This document shows positions 18,499-26,791 of a stretch of DNA of 43,156 nucleotides, in pieces (position 1 is the first letter of the stretch; each line of letters opens with the position of its first letter). The translations under genes were made by a program, and so were the position numbers. Under the pieces are notes generated by a model. It did no database searches, had not been told where the DNA came from, and was given only the letters and a program-made list of their open reading frames with translations. Origin of the DNA: Clostridia bacterium (GTDB lineage: Bacteria > Bacillota > DULZ01); NCBI GenBank assembly GCA_012512955.1, contig JAAZDD010000165.1, positions 1 through 43,156 of the forward strand. Reading direction: 5' to 3'.

Positions 18499-18855
18499 TT
18501 GGCACTAGTGCAGCAAAATGAATTAGGAAAAATAATAGTTGCCGATCAGGTGATTACTACCATCGCCGGTTATGCCGCCTTGGAGTGTTATGGATTGGTA
18601 GGGATGGCTTCCCAAAAGATTTCCGACGGCATCGGCCAATTGTTGGGAAGGGAATCCCTGTCCAAGGGTGTTTCCGTTCAGAGCCAAGGTGACCGGGTGT
18701 TTATAGATGTGTATGTGATTGTCAGCTATGGAACGAAAATTTCCCAGGTGGCTCAAAATGCCATGGAAAAAGTCCGGTATGCGGTTGAGCAGAAGACGGG
18801 AATTAAAGTAGCGGAAGTCAATGTGATTGTCCAAGGGGTTAGGGTCATTGACTGA
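18499..18855 (+). CDS. Asp23/Gls24-family alkaline-shock protein (YloU-like)
   Basis: GKIIVADQVITTIAGYAALECYGLVGMAS is the Asp23 hallmark. TTG 18499 is 8 nt after GGGAGG. The track start 18466 is possible but lacks an RBS. Confidence 0.85.
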   Translation: MALVQQNELGKIIVADQVITTIAGYAALECYGLVGMASQKISDGIGQLLGRESLSKGVSVQSQGDRVFIDVYVIVSYGTKISQVAQNAMEKVRYAVEQKTGIKVAEVNVIVQGVRVID

Positions 18856-18869
18856 GGAGGTAACTGGGT

Positions 18870-20492
18870 TTGCAGTATGGGACATTAGATGTACAGCAAC
18901 TAAGGCAGGCATTTCGCGGTGCGAAGGCCTTTTTGAGCATTAATAAGTCTTATGTGGATTCTCTCAATGTTTTTCCGGTACCTGACGGAGATACGGGTAC
19001 CAATATGTATTTGACCTTGACGGCTGCGGTTAAGGAAACGGATCAGGAAAAAATAGAGGATATTCCCCGTTTATTGCATGCCCTGGCCGGCGGTGCTTTG
19101 ATGGGAGCCAGGGGGAATTCAGGGGTGATTCTGTCGCAGATGTTTCGCGGTTTCAGCCAAGGTGCCGGCAGCGGTGATTTCGACGGTACCAGTTTGGCTG
19201 AGGCCCTTTCCAAGGCTGCCGAGATGGCTTATCGTTCTGTGATTAAACCCGTTGAGGGGACCATGCTCACGGTAGCAAAAGCGGCAGCCCAAGGAGCCAG
19301 GCAAAAAGCCAAGGATGGGGGAGATTGCCTGGCTGTGTTGGAGGCTTCTTTGACAGCCGCCGAGGAAGCTTTAAAAAGGACTCCTCAGCTCCTGCCGGTG
19401 TTGGCGGAAGCAGGAGTGGTGGATGCAGGCGGACAAGGTTATGTTTATATCCTCCAGGGGATGATTGCCGGTCTGAAAGGTGAAGTCCAGTTGGAACAAG
19501 CAGAGAGTACCACAACCCCTGTGGGAGGAAGCTACGCGGGACCTGTACAGCAAAAACTGGAATTCAGGTATTGCACTGAGCTGATTATCAAAGGTCAGGG
19601 TCTGCAGGAAAACTTGTTAAAAAGTCAGTTGACGGATCTTGGTGACAGCTTGCTGGTGGTGGGAAACGAAGAAGTCTTAAAAGTGCATATCCATACCAAC
19701 CGGCCGGGCTTGGTTTTGGAAAAGGCAGCGGCCCAAGGAGTCCTATATGACATTAAAATTGATAATATGGAGGAGCAGCACCGGGAATTCCTTCCCCAAG
19801 AGCAACCGGAGCCGCCAAAACCAATTAAGGAAATGGCCGCTGTAGCGGTGACAGTAGGCGAAGGATTGTCGGAGATTCTAACCAGTTTAGGGGTTGATGT
19901 GGTAGTCAAGGGAGGACAAACCATGAACCCCAGCACTGAAGATCTGGTGGCCGGGATTAAAGAGGCTGGAGCCCGGCAGGTGATCTTGCTGCCCAATAAT
20001 AAAAATATCATTCTGGCGGCGGAACAAGCCCAGCATCTGGCTGCTGAAGAAAATATACAGGTGGCAGTAGTGCCTGCCAAGAATTTTCCTCAGTGTTTGG
20101 CGGCTCTGTTGGCCTATAATCCTGATGAAAGCCTGGAGGAAAACAGGCAGCGCATGCTGGAAGCTTTGGATACAGTCAAAGCCGGGGAAATTACCTATGC
20201 CGTCCGGGATTCCCAGTACAACGGTTTCCAGATCGCCAGTGGTGAGATTTTAGGTCTGGCCGAGGGAGAGATTGCCGCCAAAGGTGACAATCTGGAGGTA
20301 GTGGCATTAAAGCTGTTGAAGGAGCTGGGTGCAGAGGATTATGAATTGTTGAGTGTCTTCTACGGCCAGGATGTGGAGGAGGATCAGGCTCAAGTTCTCA
20401 AACAAAAGATCCTGGAAGCCTATTCCCACTTGGAAGTGGAAGTCCACCGGGGAGGCCAGCCTTTGTACTACTATATTTTTGGACTGGAGTAA
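18870..20492 (+). CDS. yloV: DAK2-domain protein (YloV-like; dihydroxyacetone-kinase L-like domain plus DegV-like C-terminal domain)
   Basis: PVPDGDTGTNM and GARGNSGVILSQ motifs. About 540 aa. The conserved asp23-yloV-recG order matches B. subtilis. TTG start 9 nt after GAGGAGG. Confidence 0.85.
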   Translation: MQYGTLDVQQLRQAFRGAKAFLSINKSYVDSLNVFPVPDGDTGTNMYLTLTAAVKETDQEKIEDIPRLLHALAGGALMGARGNSGVILSQMFRGFSQGAGSGDFDGTSLAEALSKAAEMAYRSVIKPVEGTMLTVAKAAAQGARQKAKDGGDCLAVLEASLTAAEEALKRTPQLLPVLAEAGVVDAGGQGYVYILQGMIAGLKGEVQLEQAESTTTPVGGSYAGPVQQKLEFRYCTELIIKGQGLQENLLKSQLTDLGDSLLVVGNEEVLKVHIHTNRPGLVLEKAAAQGVLYDIKIDNMEEQHREFLPQEQPEPPKPIKEMAAVAVTVGEGLSEILTSLGVDVVVKGGQTMNPSTEDLVAGIKEAGARQVILLPNNKNIILAAEQAQHLAAEENIQVAVVPAKNFPQCLAALLAYNPDESLEENRQRMLEALDTVKAGEITYAVRDSQYNGFQIASGEILGLAEGEIAAKGDNLEVVALKLLKELGAEDYELLSVFYGQDVEEDQAQVLKQKILEAYSHLEVEVHRGGQPLYYYIFGLE

Positions 20493-20502
20493 GGTGGTCA
20501 GT

Positions 20503-22548
20503 GTGTCCCCTTTTCATGTTCCTGTTGAGCGGTTGGAAGGAGTAGGCTCTGAAAGGGCAAGGCTTTTAAAAAGATTGGGGATCGATACCATAGGAGACTT
20601 GCTGTTTCACTTTCCCCACCGTTACGAGGATCGCAGCCAACTGATGTCCCTGGGCCATCTTGCCGACGGGCAGGTGGGAACTTGCTGGGGAATTGTGGTC
20701 GGGGTCCAGGTGCTGCGACCCAGGCCCAATTTGTCTATCTTAAAGGTACTGTTGGATGACGGAACAGGTCAGGCTTATGCACTCTGGTTTAACCAAGCTT
20801 ATTTAAAAAGTACTTTTTCCGTTGGCAGTAAATTATTGGTTTTTGGACGGGTATCTTTGGGCCCTTGGGAAAAGACTATTACCGTGGAGGATTTTGAAAA
20901 ACTGTCCTCTGCCGAGGAGCTTACCCAAGGACCGAAGATTGTGCCGGTTTATCCCTTGACCAAAGGTCTTTCCAAACGGGTGATGCGCCGGCTGGCCCGG
21001 AAGGCCGTGACGGATTTTGCCCATCGGATTCCGGACACTTTGCCCACTTTAATTAAAGACCATTATAAGCTACCGGGTACAGGTGAAGCCCTGAGACAGG
21101 TTCATTGTCCGGAAAACATTCAGGAAGCAGAAAGAGCCCGGAAAACGCTGGCCTATGAAGAACTGCTGTTGTGGCAGCTCAGACTTTATGGAGAAAGACT
21201 GAAGTGGCATCAGGGAAAGGGAATTGCTCACCTGGCTAAAGGGCCGCTGACGGTCAGGTATTTACGGCAATTGCCTTTTACCCTGACCAAAGCCCAAAAG
21301 AAAGTCCTCCTGGAAATATATAATGATATGGCCAAGGATACTCCTATGTCCCGGTTGCTTCAAGGGGATGTGGGTTCCGGGAAAACGGTGATCGCCGTGT
21401 TGGCTTTACTCCGCAGCGTAGAAAACGGTTATCAAGGTGCATTAATGGTACCTACGGAGATCCTGGCGGAACAACATTATCTGAAAATCAGCGGTCAGTT
21501 GGCGGAATTAGGTGTCAAAACGGCGTTGCTGACCAGTAACCTGGACAGAGAAGAACGGGAAAATATTAGGAGCGGGCTGCTTCAAGGGACCATTAAGATA
21601 GTTGTCGGAACCCATGCTTTGATTCAGGACGAAGTACAATTTGCCAATTTAGGTCTGGTGGTCATTGATGAACAGCATCGCTTCGGAGTGTCCCAGCGGG
21701 CCGCCCTGGTTACCAAGGGACATAAAAAGCCGGATTTGCTGATCATGACGGCTACGCCAATTCCAAGGACCCTAGCTTTAACCTTTTACGGTGATCTTGA
21801 TTACTCGGTGATCGATGAGTTACCTCCGGGCAGGTTGCCGGTGGTTACCAGATATGTTCCGGAAAAGCAACGGCATAAAGCCTATGAATTCATCAAGGGA
21901 CAATTGGAACGAGGTCATCAAGCCTACATTGTCTGTCCTTTGGTAGAGGATTCAGAGAAGATTGAGGCGGAGGCAGCCATTGCCATGTATAATGAGTTAC
22001 GGAAGGGGGCTTTTGCCCCATTCCGGGTAGGCCTGGTTTACGGGAGGATGCCGTCCCAGGAAAAAGAACGGGCCATGGAGGAGTTTCGCCTGGGACACAT
22101 TGATGTCTTGGTAGCGACCACTGTGGTTGAGGTGGGCGTGGATGTGCCCAATGCAAATATTATTTTAATCAACGGTTGTGAGCGTTTTGGTTTGGCCCAG
22201 TTGCACCAGCTCCGGGGCCGGGTCGGACGAGGAAATACCAAAGCTTTCTGCTTGTTAATGGGACGGCTAAAGAGTAAAGAAGCGAAAGCAAGGATTAAAG
22301 CCATGCTGCAGCAAGGGGATGGTTTTGCCCTGGCAGAGGAGGACCTTAAGCTTCGGGGACCGGGGGATTTTTTTGGCGTCAGGCAGCATGGAATGCCCCA
22401 GTTTAAAGCAGCTGATTTGCTGCGGGATCAACAGATTTTGTTGTTGGCGCAAAAAGATGCCCGGCGCATTGCCAATAACAGGGACAAACCGGAATTTGCT
22501 CGCTTGTTTGAACTTGCTCAGCAACGATATGCAGACTTTTTGCCATGA
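20503..22548 (+). CDS. recG: ATP-dependent DNA helicase RecG
   Basis: Wedge domain, GDVGSGKT Walker A, DEQHRFG, QLHQLRGRVGRG. The track ORF starts at 20353 inside yloV. GTG 20503 (5 nt after AAGGTGG) or GTG 20494 is the realistic start. Confidence 0.95.
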   Translation: MSPFHVPVERLEGVGSERARLLKRLGIDTIGDLLFHFPHRYEDRSQLMSLGHLADGQVGTCWGIVVGVQVLRPRPNLSILKVLLDDGTGQAYALWFNQAYLKSTFSVGSKLLVFGRVSLGPWEKTITVEDFEKLSSAEELTQGPKIVPVYPLTKGLSKRVMRRLARKAVTDFAHRIPDTLPTLIKDHYKLPGTGEALRQVHCPENIQEAERARKTLAYEELLLWQLRLYGERLKWHQGKGIAHLAKGPLTVRYLRQLPFTLTKAQKKVLLEIYNDMAKDTPMSRLLQGDVGSGKTVIAVLALLRSVENGYQGALMVPTEILAEQHYLKISGQLAELGVKTALLTSNLDREERENIRSGLLQGTIKIVVGTHALIQDEVQFANLGLVVIDEQHRFGVSQRAALVTKGHKKPDLLIMTATPIPRTLALTFYGDLDYSVIDELPPGRLPVVTRYVPEKQRHKAYEFIKGQLERGHQAYIVCPLVEDSEKIEAEAAIAMYNELRKGAFAPFRVGLVYGRMPSQEKERAMEEFRLGHIDVLVATTVVEVGVDVPNANIILINGCERFGLAQLHQLRGRVGRGNTKAFCLLMGRLKSKEAKARIKAMLQQGDGFALAEEDLKLRGPGDFFGVRQHGMPQFKAADLLRDQQILLLAQKDARRIANNRDKPEFARLFELAQQRYADFLP

Positions 22549-22556
22549 ACCAATGA

Positions 22557-22586
22557 CTATGCGCTTAATTCGCATAGTTTTTTTTT
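22557..22586 (+). terminator. Intrinsic terminator after recG
   Basis: CTATGCG (22557-22563) pairs with CGCATAG (22571-22577), followed by 9 T. Confidence 0.85.
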
Positions 22587-22658
22587 ATTTGGTTATGTTA
22601 CTACTGCTTGATTGATTTAAGCAGGTGGTGGATTTTTATTCCATGGAGGTGTGGTTTA

Positions 22659-22820
22659 GTGAGTGCAAAAAGGAAAGAATATCCTCGCAAAAAGACCACT
22701 GACCCTGCGTATTATGAAGATGATTGGGATAATGTGGAAAACAGTCTTCACAACGAAAGTTACGACGAAGCGGTAGAGATTTTGCGTGAGGGCAAAAGAG
22801 TTGGAGCCAGACGGATTTAA
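22659..22820 (+). CDS. Small charged hypothetical protein (53 aa), family not recognised
   Basis: GTG 22659 is 7 nt after GGAGGTG. Translation: VSAKRKEYPRKKTTDPAYYEDDWDNVENSLHNESYDEAVEILREGKRVGARRI. It is bracketed by the recG terminator and its own 12-bp hairpin. The hydrophobic N-terminal extension of the track ORF (22608) lacks an RBS. Confidence 0.5.
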   Translation: MSAKRKEYPRKKTTDPAYYEDDWDNVENSLHNESYDEAVEILREGKRVGARRI

Positions 22821-22836
22821 GGTATCCGTAACGCGA

Positions 22837-22871
22837 AAGGCCGGTAATGTGGGCATATTATTACCGGCCTT
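22837..22871 (+). terminator. Terminator-like 12-bp hairpin after the small ORF (weak U tract)
   Basis: AAGGCCGGTAAT (22837-22848) pairs with ATTACCGGCCTT (22860-22871). The downstream sequence CTATGTTTCC is only moderately T-rich. Confidence 0.5.
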
Positions 22872-22922
22872 CTATGTTTCCTTGAAGGTGCAGCCAAGGC
22901 AAATACTACTAGCTTAATGACA

Positions 22923-22951
22923 GCATAAAAGTAACCTGAGAAGCCATAATA
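22923..22951 (+). promoter_or_regulatory. Forespore sigma-G type promoter of the SASP gene
   Basis: GCATA (22923-22927), a 17-nt spacer, then CATAATA (22945-22951). This fits the published consensus GHATR-17/18-CATXHTA exactly. Confidence 0.7.
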
Positions 22952-22981
22952 AGACTACCAGAGCAAAGGAGGTGAAACTAA

Positions 22982-23209
22982 ATGGCATCAGGACAAAGAA
23001 GTAACACCATCGTTGTTCCTCAGGCTCGTCAAGCTATGGACCAGTTGAAGTATGAAACTGCTCAGGAAATTGGTCTTCCCAACTACCAGGGATACCTGGG
23101 TGATGTACCTTCCCGTCTGAACGGTGCAGTTGGTGGGAATATGGTTCGCAAAATGATTCAAGCTTACCAGAATTCCGAAGCCAGCCAAACCCCCGGGGGC
23201 GGACAATAG
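22982..23209 (+). CDS. Alpha/beta-type small acid-soluble spore protein
   Basis: VVPQARQAMDQLKYETAQEIGL...SRLNGAVGGNMVRKMI parallels B. subtilis SspA/SspB (LVPGAAQAIDQMKLEIASEFGV...SRANGSVGGEITKRLV). Strong RBS AAAGGAGGTGA. Confidence 0.9.
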   Translation: MASGQRSNTIVVPQARQAMDQLKYETAQEIGLPNYQGYLGDVPSRLNGAVGGNMVRKMIQAYQNSEASQTPGGGQ

Positions 23210-23231
23210 TAACTGAGCTATTTTCTTGGAC

Positions 23232-23256
23232 AGCGGACCTTCGGGTCCGCTTTGCC
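23232..23256 (+). terminator. Intrinsic terminator after the SASP gene, in the convergent gap with gpr
   Basis: AGCGGACC-TTCG-GGTCCGCT hairpin (23232-23251), followed by TTGCCTTTG. Confidence 0.7.
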
Positions 23257-23280
23257 TTTGCCCCCGGGAAAATCATTTCC

Positions 23281-24258
23281 TTACTGCAAATACATGGCGT
23301 AATCATTTGGATTTACAGCCACATGGAGCGCTTGGTTCAGGCCTGAGGCAATCACCCGTGCTGCATTGGAGATCAATTCATCAATTTCTTTGGGAGTAAC
23401 CGTCAAGTGGGTACCAAAGGAACCCAGTACCTGCTTGATTGCTGTCTCCATTTGCTCCTGGGACAGGGATTGATTGAGAACCGGGTTGTTTTCCAGCGCG
23501 TGGCCAAATAGCTGAAAAGCAATGACAATGGCGTTGACTACCGTAGGCACTCCCACGGCGATGACCGGTACTCCCATGGTCTCTTTATTGATTCCTTTTC
23601 GTTGATTACCAATGCCGGAACCAGGTGCGATGCCCGTATTGGCCAGTTGGATGGTACTGGCGATCCGGTCTACGCTGCCGGCAGCCAGGGCATCGACGGC
23701 AATCACCAGTTTGGGTTTTACTCTGTCAACCACTCCCCGGATGATCTCCGCCGTTTCGATACCGGTGATCCCCAGGACCCCGGGGGCCAGAATGCTGACC
23801 GGTCGCAAGCCTCCGGCAAGTTCCTCCGGAGCGTATTGAAACATATGCCGGGTAACCAGGATGGTATTGACTACTTTGGGTCCCAAAGCATCGGGAGTGG
23901 CATTCCAGTTACCCAGCCCCACCACCAGGATGGGATCGGAAGGTCCCAGGCCTTCCTCGGCAATCATGGTTTTCAAAGTTGCGGCGAAACTCCTGGTAAT
24001 GTTTTTATGGGCTTCCCAGTTGTTCCGGCGCAGTTCAACGGAGTCCAGGGTAACATAAGTACCCTTGGGGCGACCCATGGCTTTTTCCCCTTCTTCGTTC
24101 AAAATGGTGATGGTGGTTACCTGACCATGGGAAAAACGGCTTTGCCGGTGCCTGACCCCGCCGATTTCCTGGCCTGTATCGCCCCGGAGCAGGGCGTGGG
24201 CTTCCACGGCCAGGTCCATATAAGGGGTTAATTTATTGTATAGTTGTCTGTTATTCAT
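23281..24258 (-). CDS. gpr: Germination protease GPR (spore endopeptidase, peptidase family A25)
   Basis: VVGLGNWNATPDALGPKVV..LVTRH, PVSILAPGVLGITGIETAEII and GVPVIAVGVPTVV match B. subtilis Gpr block for block. RBS AGAGGTGAA. Confidence 0.95.
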   Translation of the reverse strand: MNNRQLYNKLTPYMDLAVEAHALLRGDTGQEIGGVRHRQSRFSHGQVTTITILNEEGEKAMGRPKGTYVTLDSVELRRNNWEAHKNITRSFAATLKTMIAEEGLGPSDPILVVGLGNWNATPDALGPKVVNTILVTRHMFQYAPEELAGGLRPVSILAPGVLGITGIETAEIIRGVVDRVKPKLVIAVDALAAGSVDRIASTIQLANTGIAPGSGIGNQRKGINKETMGVPVIAVGVPTVVNAIVIAFQLFGHALENNPVLNQSLSQEQMETAIKQVLGSFGTHLTVTPKEIDELISNAARVIASGLNQALHVAVNPNDYAMYLQ

Positions 24259-24345
24259 GGCTTCACCTCTGATTCAGTTATTTTCATATTTTCCCAAGGC
24301 AGCGATTTCTATTCTTAGATGGGAATTGTTTTGGAAGGTATATAA

Positions 24346-24354
24346 TGGTATAAT
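24346..24354 (+). promoter_or_regulatory. Extended -10 element (TGgTATAAT) upstream of the YlaI-like mini-gene
   Basis: TGGTATAAT at 24346-24354. A second TATAAT sits at 24341-24346. There is no convincing -35. Confidence 0.3.
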
Positions 24355-24374
24355 GTGTCCAGAGGTGAAGGCTC

Positions 24375-24542
24375 ATGAAGATCCGATGTTCCTTGTGCGG
24401 AACTGAGCAGGAAATTTCCAAAATTCACAAAGATTATCAGCGTTTAGCCCGGGATCCGGAAGCTGTCTATATTTGCCGCAATTGTTCCCATCGCGTTCAG
24501 TTCCAGGCGAAAGAGGCCCAAAAGCCTCAGAAACCCATGTAG
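24375..24542 (+). CDS. YlaI-like zinc-ribbon mini-protein (DUF2197-type), 55 aa
   Basis: Below the ORF-track size cutoff. ATG 24375 follows AGAGGTGAAGG. Translation: MKIRCSLCGTEQEISKIHKDYQRLARDPEAVYICRNCSHRVQFQAKEAQKPQKPM, with two CxxC pairs in the arrangement remembered for B. subtilis YlaI. Followed by a strong terminator. Confidence 0.6.
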   Translation: MKIRCSLCGTEQEISKIHKDYQRLARDPEAVYICRNCSHRVQFQAKEAQKPQKPM

Positions 24543-24550
24543 TAGAATCT

Positions 24551-24587
24551 AAAAAGCCAGGGTGTAATCGTTACACACTGGCTTTTG
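24551..24587. terminator. Bidirectional intrinsic terminator between the convergent mini-gene and the acs-like gene
   Basis: 16-bp stem (one mismatch) from AAAAGCCAGGGTGTAA to TTACACACTGGCTTTT. An A run on the left and a T run on the right give a U tract on either strand. Confidence 0.85.
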
Positions 24588-24589
24588 TG

Positions 24590-26722
24590 TTATTTGAGCA
24601 GGATTAGAGCATCTGCAGCTTTTACTCCCTGGCCTTGTTCGCCTACAATCAAAGGATTGATTTCCAGTTCCTGAATTTTTCCTTCCAAATCCAGGGCCAA
24701 TCGGCTGAGCTGTCGGAGCACTGCCAGCAAGCTGTCCAAGTCCGCAGGACCTTGATTGCGGAAGGCTTCCAGCAAGGGGTAGCCTTTAAGCCTTCTCAGC
24801 AAAGAAGCGGCTTCCTCCTGGCTTAGGGGCGGAATTCCGGCAGCGAAATCCCGCATCACCTCTACGAAAATGCCTCCCATTCCCACCAGAACACAGTTCC
24901 CAAAGGTAGGGTCGGCTTTAATGCCCAAAATAAGTTCCCTACCGGGAGGAATCATTTCTGCCACTAAAACACCGTCCAGGCGGGCCTCCGGTTTAAAAGA
25001 GCGGGCATTGGTCATAATTTGATCGTAAGCGGCAGCGATTGCTTCCGGTGACTGGAGGTTCAGCATGACGCCCCCTGCTTCGGTTTTGTGCAGGATATCA
25101 GGGGACAGCACCTTTAGGGCCACCGGATAGCCAATGGAGTTAGCGATGGCCACTGCTTCTTCCGGGGAACGGGCTACTTCTTCCCTGGCTACCGGAATCC
25201 CGTATAGCTCCAAGAGCTTTTTTGCTTCCCGTTCTGAAAGCTCTTTGTAGCCTAGGCCGGACAGAAATTCCACGGCCGGGTTGCCGGTGCCGGGTGAGAG
25301 CCTGGGGGCTTCCTGGCTTTCCAGGAGAGTGCGGCGGTGCCGGGAATAGTGGGCCAAAGAGGCCAGCGCTTTCACGCCGTGTTCCACCTGGAGAGTATGG
25401 GGTATACCGGCTTTACGCATCAACTCCTGGGCCAGCAAATGGTCTTCTTCATTATGGCTCCAGCCGATGCAGAGGATTGGCTTGGAGGCTTTACGGTAAG
25501 TTGCTTCCAGTTGGCCGATAATCTGCCTGGTAGGTTCACCGGCCACGTTGAAATAGACCAGGACCAGGTCCACCGCCGGATCTGCCAGGACCGCCTCCAG
25601 GGCATTTTTAAGAATGCCTTCCTCCATCATGGCATGGGAGGTGAGGTCAACAGGATTGCCGGCGGTGATAAAGGCAGGCAGATTCTCCTGCAGTTTGCGG
25701 CAGGTTTCCGGCGCCAGTTTCACCACCTCAAGACCGGCATCAGTACATAGATCGGCCAGGTAAACACTGCCGCCGCCGGAGGAAGAGAGAATGCCAATTC
25801 TGTTACCCTGGGGCAGCTTGCCGTCGGCAAAAAGACTGAGCAGAGGAAGCATTTCCTCTACGCTGTTAACCCGGATAATCCCCTTTTGGAAGAAAAACCC
25901 CTGGTAGATATCATCGTCTCCCACCATGGAGCCCGTGTGGGACCGGGCTGCTTGGGCGGCTACCTGGTGCTTGCCTACTTTTAAAATAATTAAGGGAATT
26001 CCTTTGGCTAAAGCCTCATCTGCCACCTGGGCAAACCGTTTGCCGTCCTTGACTCCTTCCAGGTAGGCAGCCACCGCTTTGACCCCTGTGTGCCGGACTA
26101 TATATTCCAGGAAGGTGGTAAAATCCAGATCGGCTGCATTGCCGGTGCTGACCAGGATTTGGGCCCCTAAACCTTGTTTCTGTGCTTCGGCGTAGGTAAT
26201 GGTGCCGAAACCGCCGCTTTGACTGATAAAAGCATAAGCGTTTTCTTTGATCACCTTTTCCGGGTGGTGGCTGACGGCAAAGTTGGCCATTACTTTTGCC
26301 GGGGCATTCACAATCCCTAAACAATTGGGACCGGCAAATCGCAGCCCGTAGTTTTGAGCAACTGCCAGTAGTTCCTCCTGTAATTTTTTTCCTGCTTCCC
26401 CGGTTTCCGCAAAACCGGAAGAAAAGATAATTGCCGTCTTAACTCCCGTTTCCCCACATTCCTGCAGGACACCGGGCACATCCTGGGCAGGCACGGCAAT
26501 AATGGCCAGATCAATTTTTGTTTCTACTGCTTTAAGATTGGGGTAGCATTCTAAACCGTTAATCTCTGTATACCTGGGATTGATGGGAAAGAGCTTGCCG
26601 GGATAGCCGGCTGACAGCAAAGCGGCCAAGGGTTGTCCTCCCGGCTTCAGTGGATTGGTGGAAGCGCCGACAATGGCTATACTCTTCGGATAAAACAAGT
26701 GGTGCAGTTTTTCCAGGTCCAT
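24590..26722 (-). CDS. ADP-forming acetyl-CoA synthetase / acetate--CoA ligase family protein (fused alpha-beta, NDP-forming acyl-CoA synthetase)
   Basis: 710 aa. N-terminal CoA-binding domain (PKSIAIVGAS...), a succinyl-CoA-synthetase-like middle domain, and a C-terminal ATP-grasp domain (GYPVALKVLSPDILHKTEAGGV). RBS AGGAGGAA. Confidence 0.85.
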   Translation of the reverse strand: MDLEKLHHLFYPKSIAIVGASTNPLKPGGQPLAALLSAGYPGKLFPINPRYTEINGLECYPNLKAVETKIDLAIIAVPAQDVPGVLQECGETGVKTAIIFSSGFAETGEAGKKLQEELLAVAQNYGLRFAGPNCLGIVNAPAKVMANFAVSHHPEKVIKENAYAFISQSGGFGTITYAEAQKQGLGAQILVSTGNAADLDFTTFLEYIVRHTGVKAVAAYLEGVKDGKRFAQVADEALAKGIPLIILKVGKHQVAAQAARSHTGSMVGDDDIYQGFFFQKGIIRVNSVEEMLPLLSLFADGKLPQGNRIGILSSSGGGSVYLADLCTDAGLEVVKLAPETCRKLQENLPAFITAGNPVDLTSHAMMEEGILKNALEAVLADPAVDLVLVYFNVAGEPTRQIIGQLEATYRKASKPILCIGWSHNEEDHLLAQELMRKAGIPHTLQVEHGVKALASLAHYSRHRRTLLESQEAPRLSPGTGNPAVEFLSGLGYKELSEREAKKLLELYGIPVAREEVARSPEEAVAIANSIGYPVALKVLSPDILHKTEAGGVMLNLQSPEAIAAAYDQIMTNARSFKPEARLDGVLVAEMIPPGRELILGIKADPTFGNCVLVGMGGIFVEVMRDFAAGIPPLSQEEAASLLRRLKGYPLLEAFRNQGPADLDSLLAVLRQLSRLALDLEGKIQELEINPLIVGEQGQGVKAADALILLK

Positions 26723-26791
26723 GGTGTTCCTCCTGTATGACTCTTTTAATATGAATAACTATTCACCATGGTCAGAAAATTTCCTGCATTA

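Noticed and set aside
20353-20502. N-terminal 50-aa extension of the recG ORF overlapping the 3' end of yloV.
   Set aside because: It has no RBS at 20353, and its sequence (MSSTARMWRRIRLKF...) is unlike RecG. A proper RBS plus GTG occurs right after the yloV stop. It is simply an open frame.
23602-24231. 209-aa + strand ORF (plus 23612-23839 and 23861-24058) opposite gpr. Similar long antisense ORFs include 592-1140(-), 2218-2712(-), 3669-4232(-), 12031-12510(-), 19625-20080(-), 33059-33505(-), 34072-34482(-) and 38373-38921(-).
   Set aside because: Each lies entirely antisense to, or out of frame within, a gene with unmistakable family motifs. They have no RBS and low-complexity Gly/Pro/Arg/Ser-rich translations. 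They are typical shadow ORFs of a moderately GC-rich coding strand.
24259-24340. Possible sigma-F/sigma-G promoter for gpr on the minus strand (GAATA ... GGGAAAATAT).
   Set aside because: The -10 does not fit CATXHTA, and it fits the sigma-F GGnnAnAHTR pattern only with two mismatches. The spacing is ambiguous. This is not strong enough to call.
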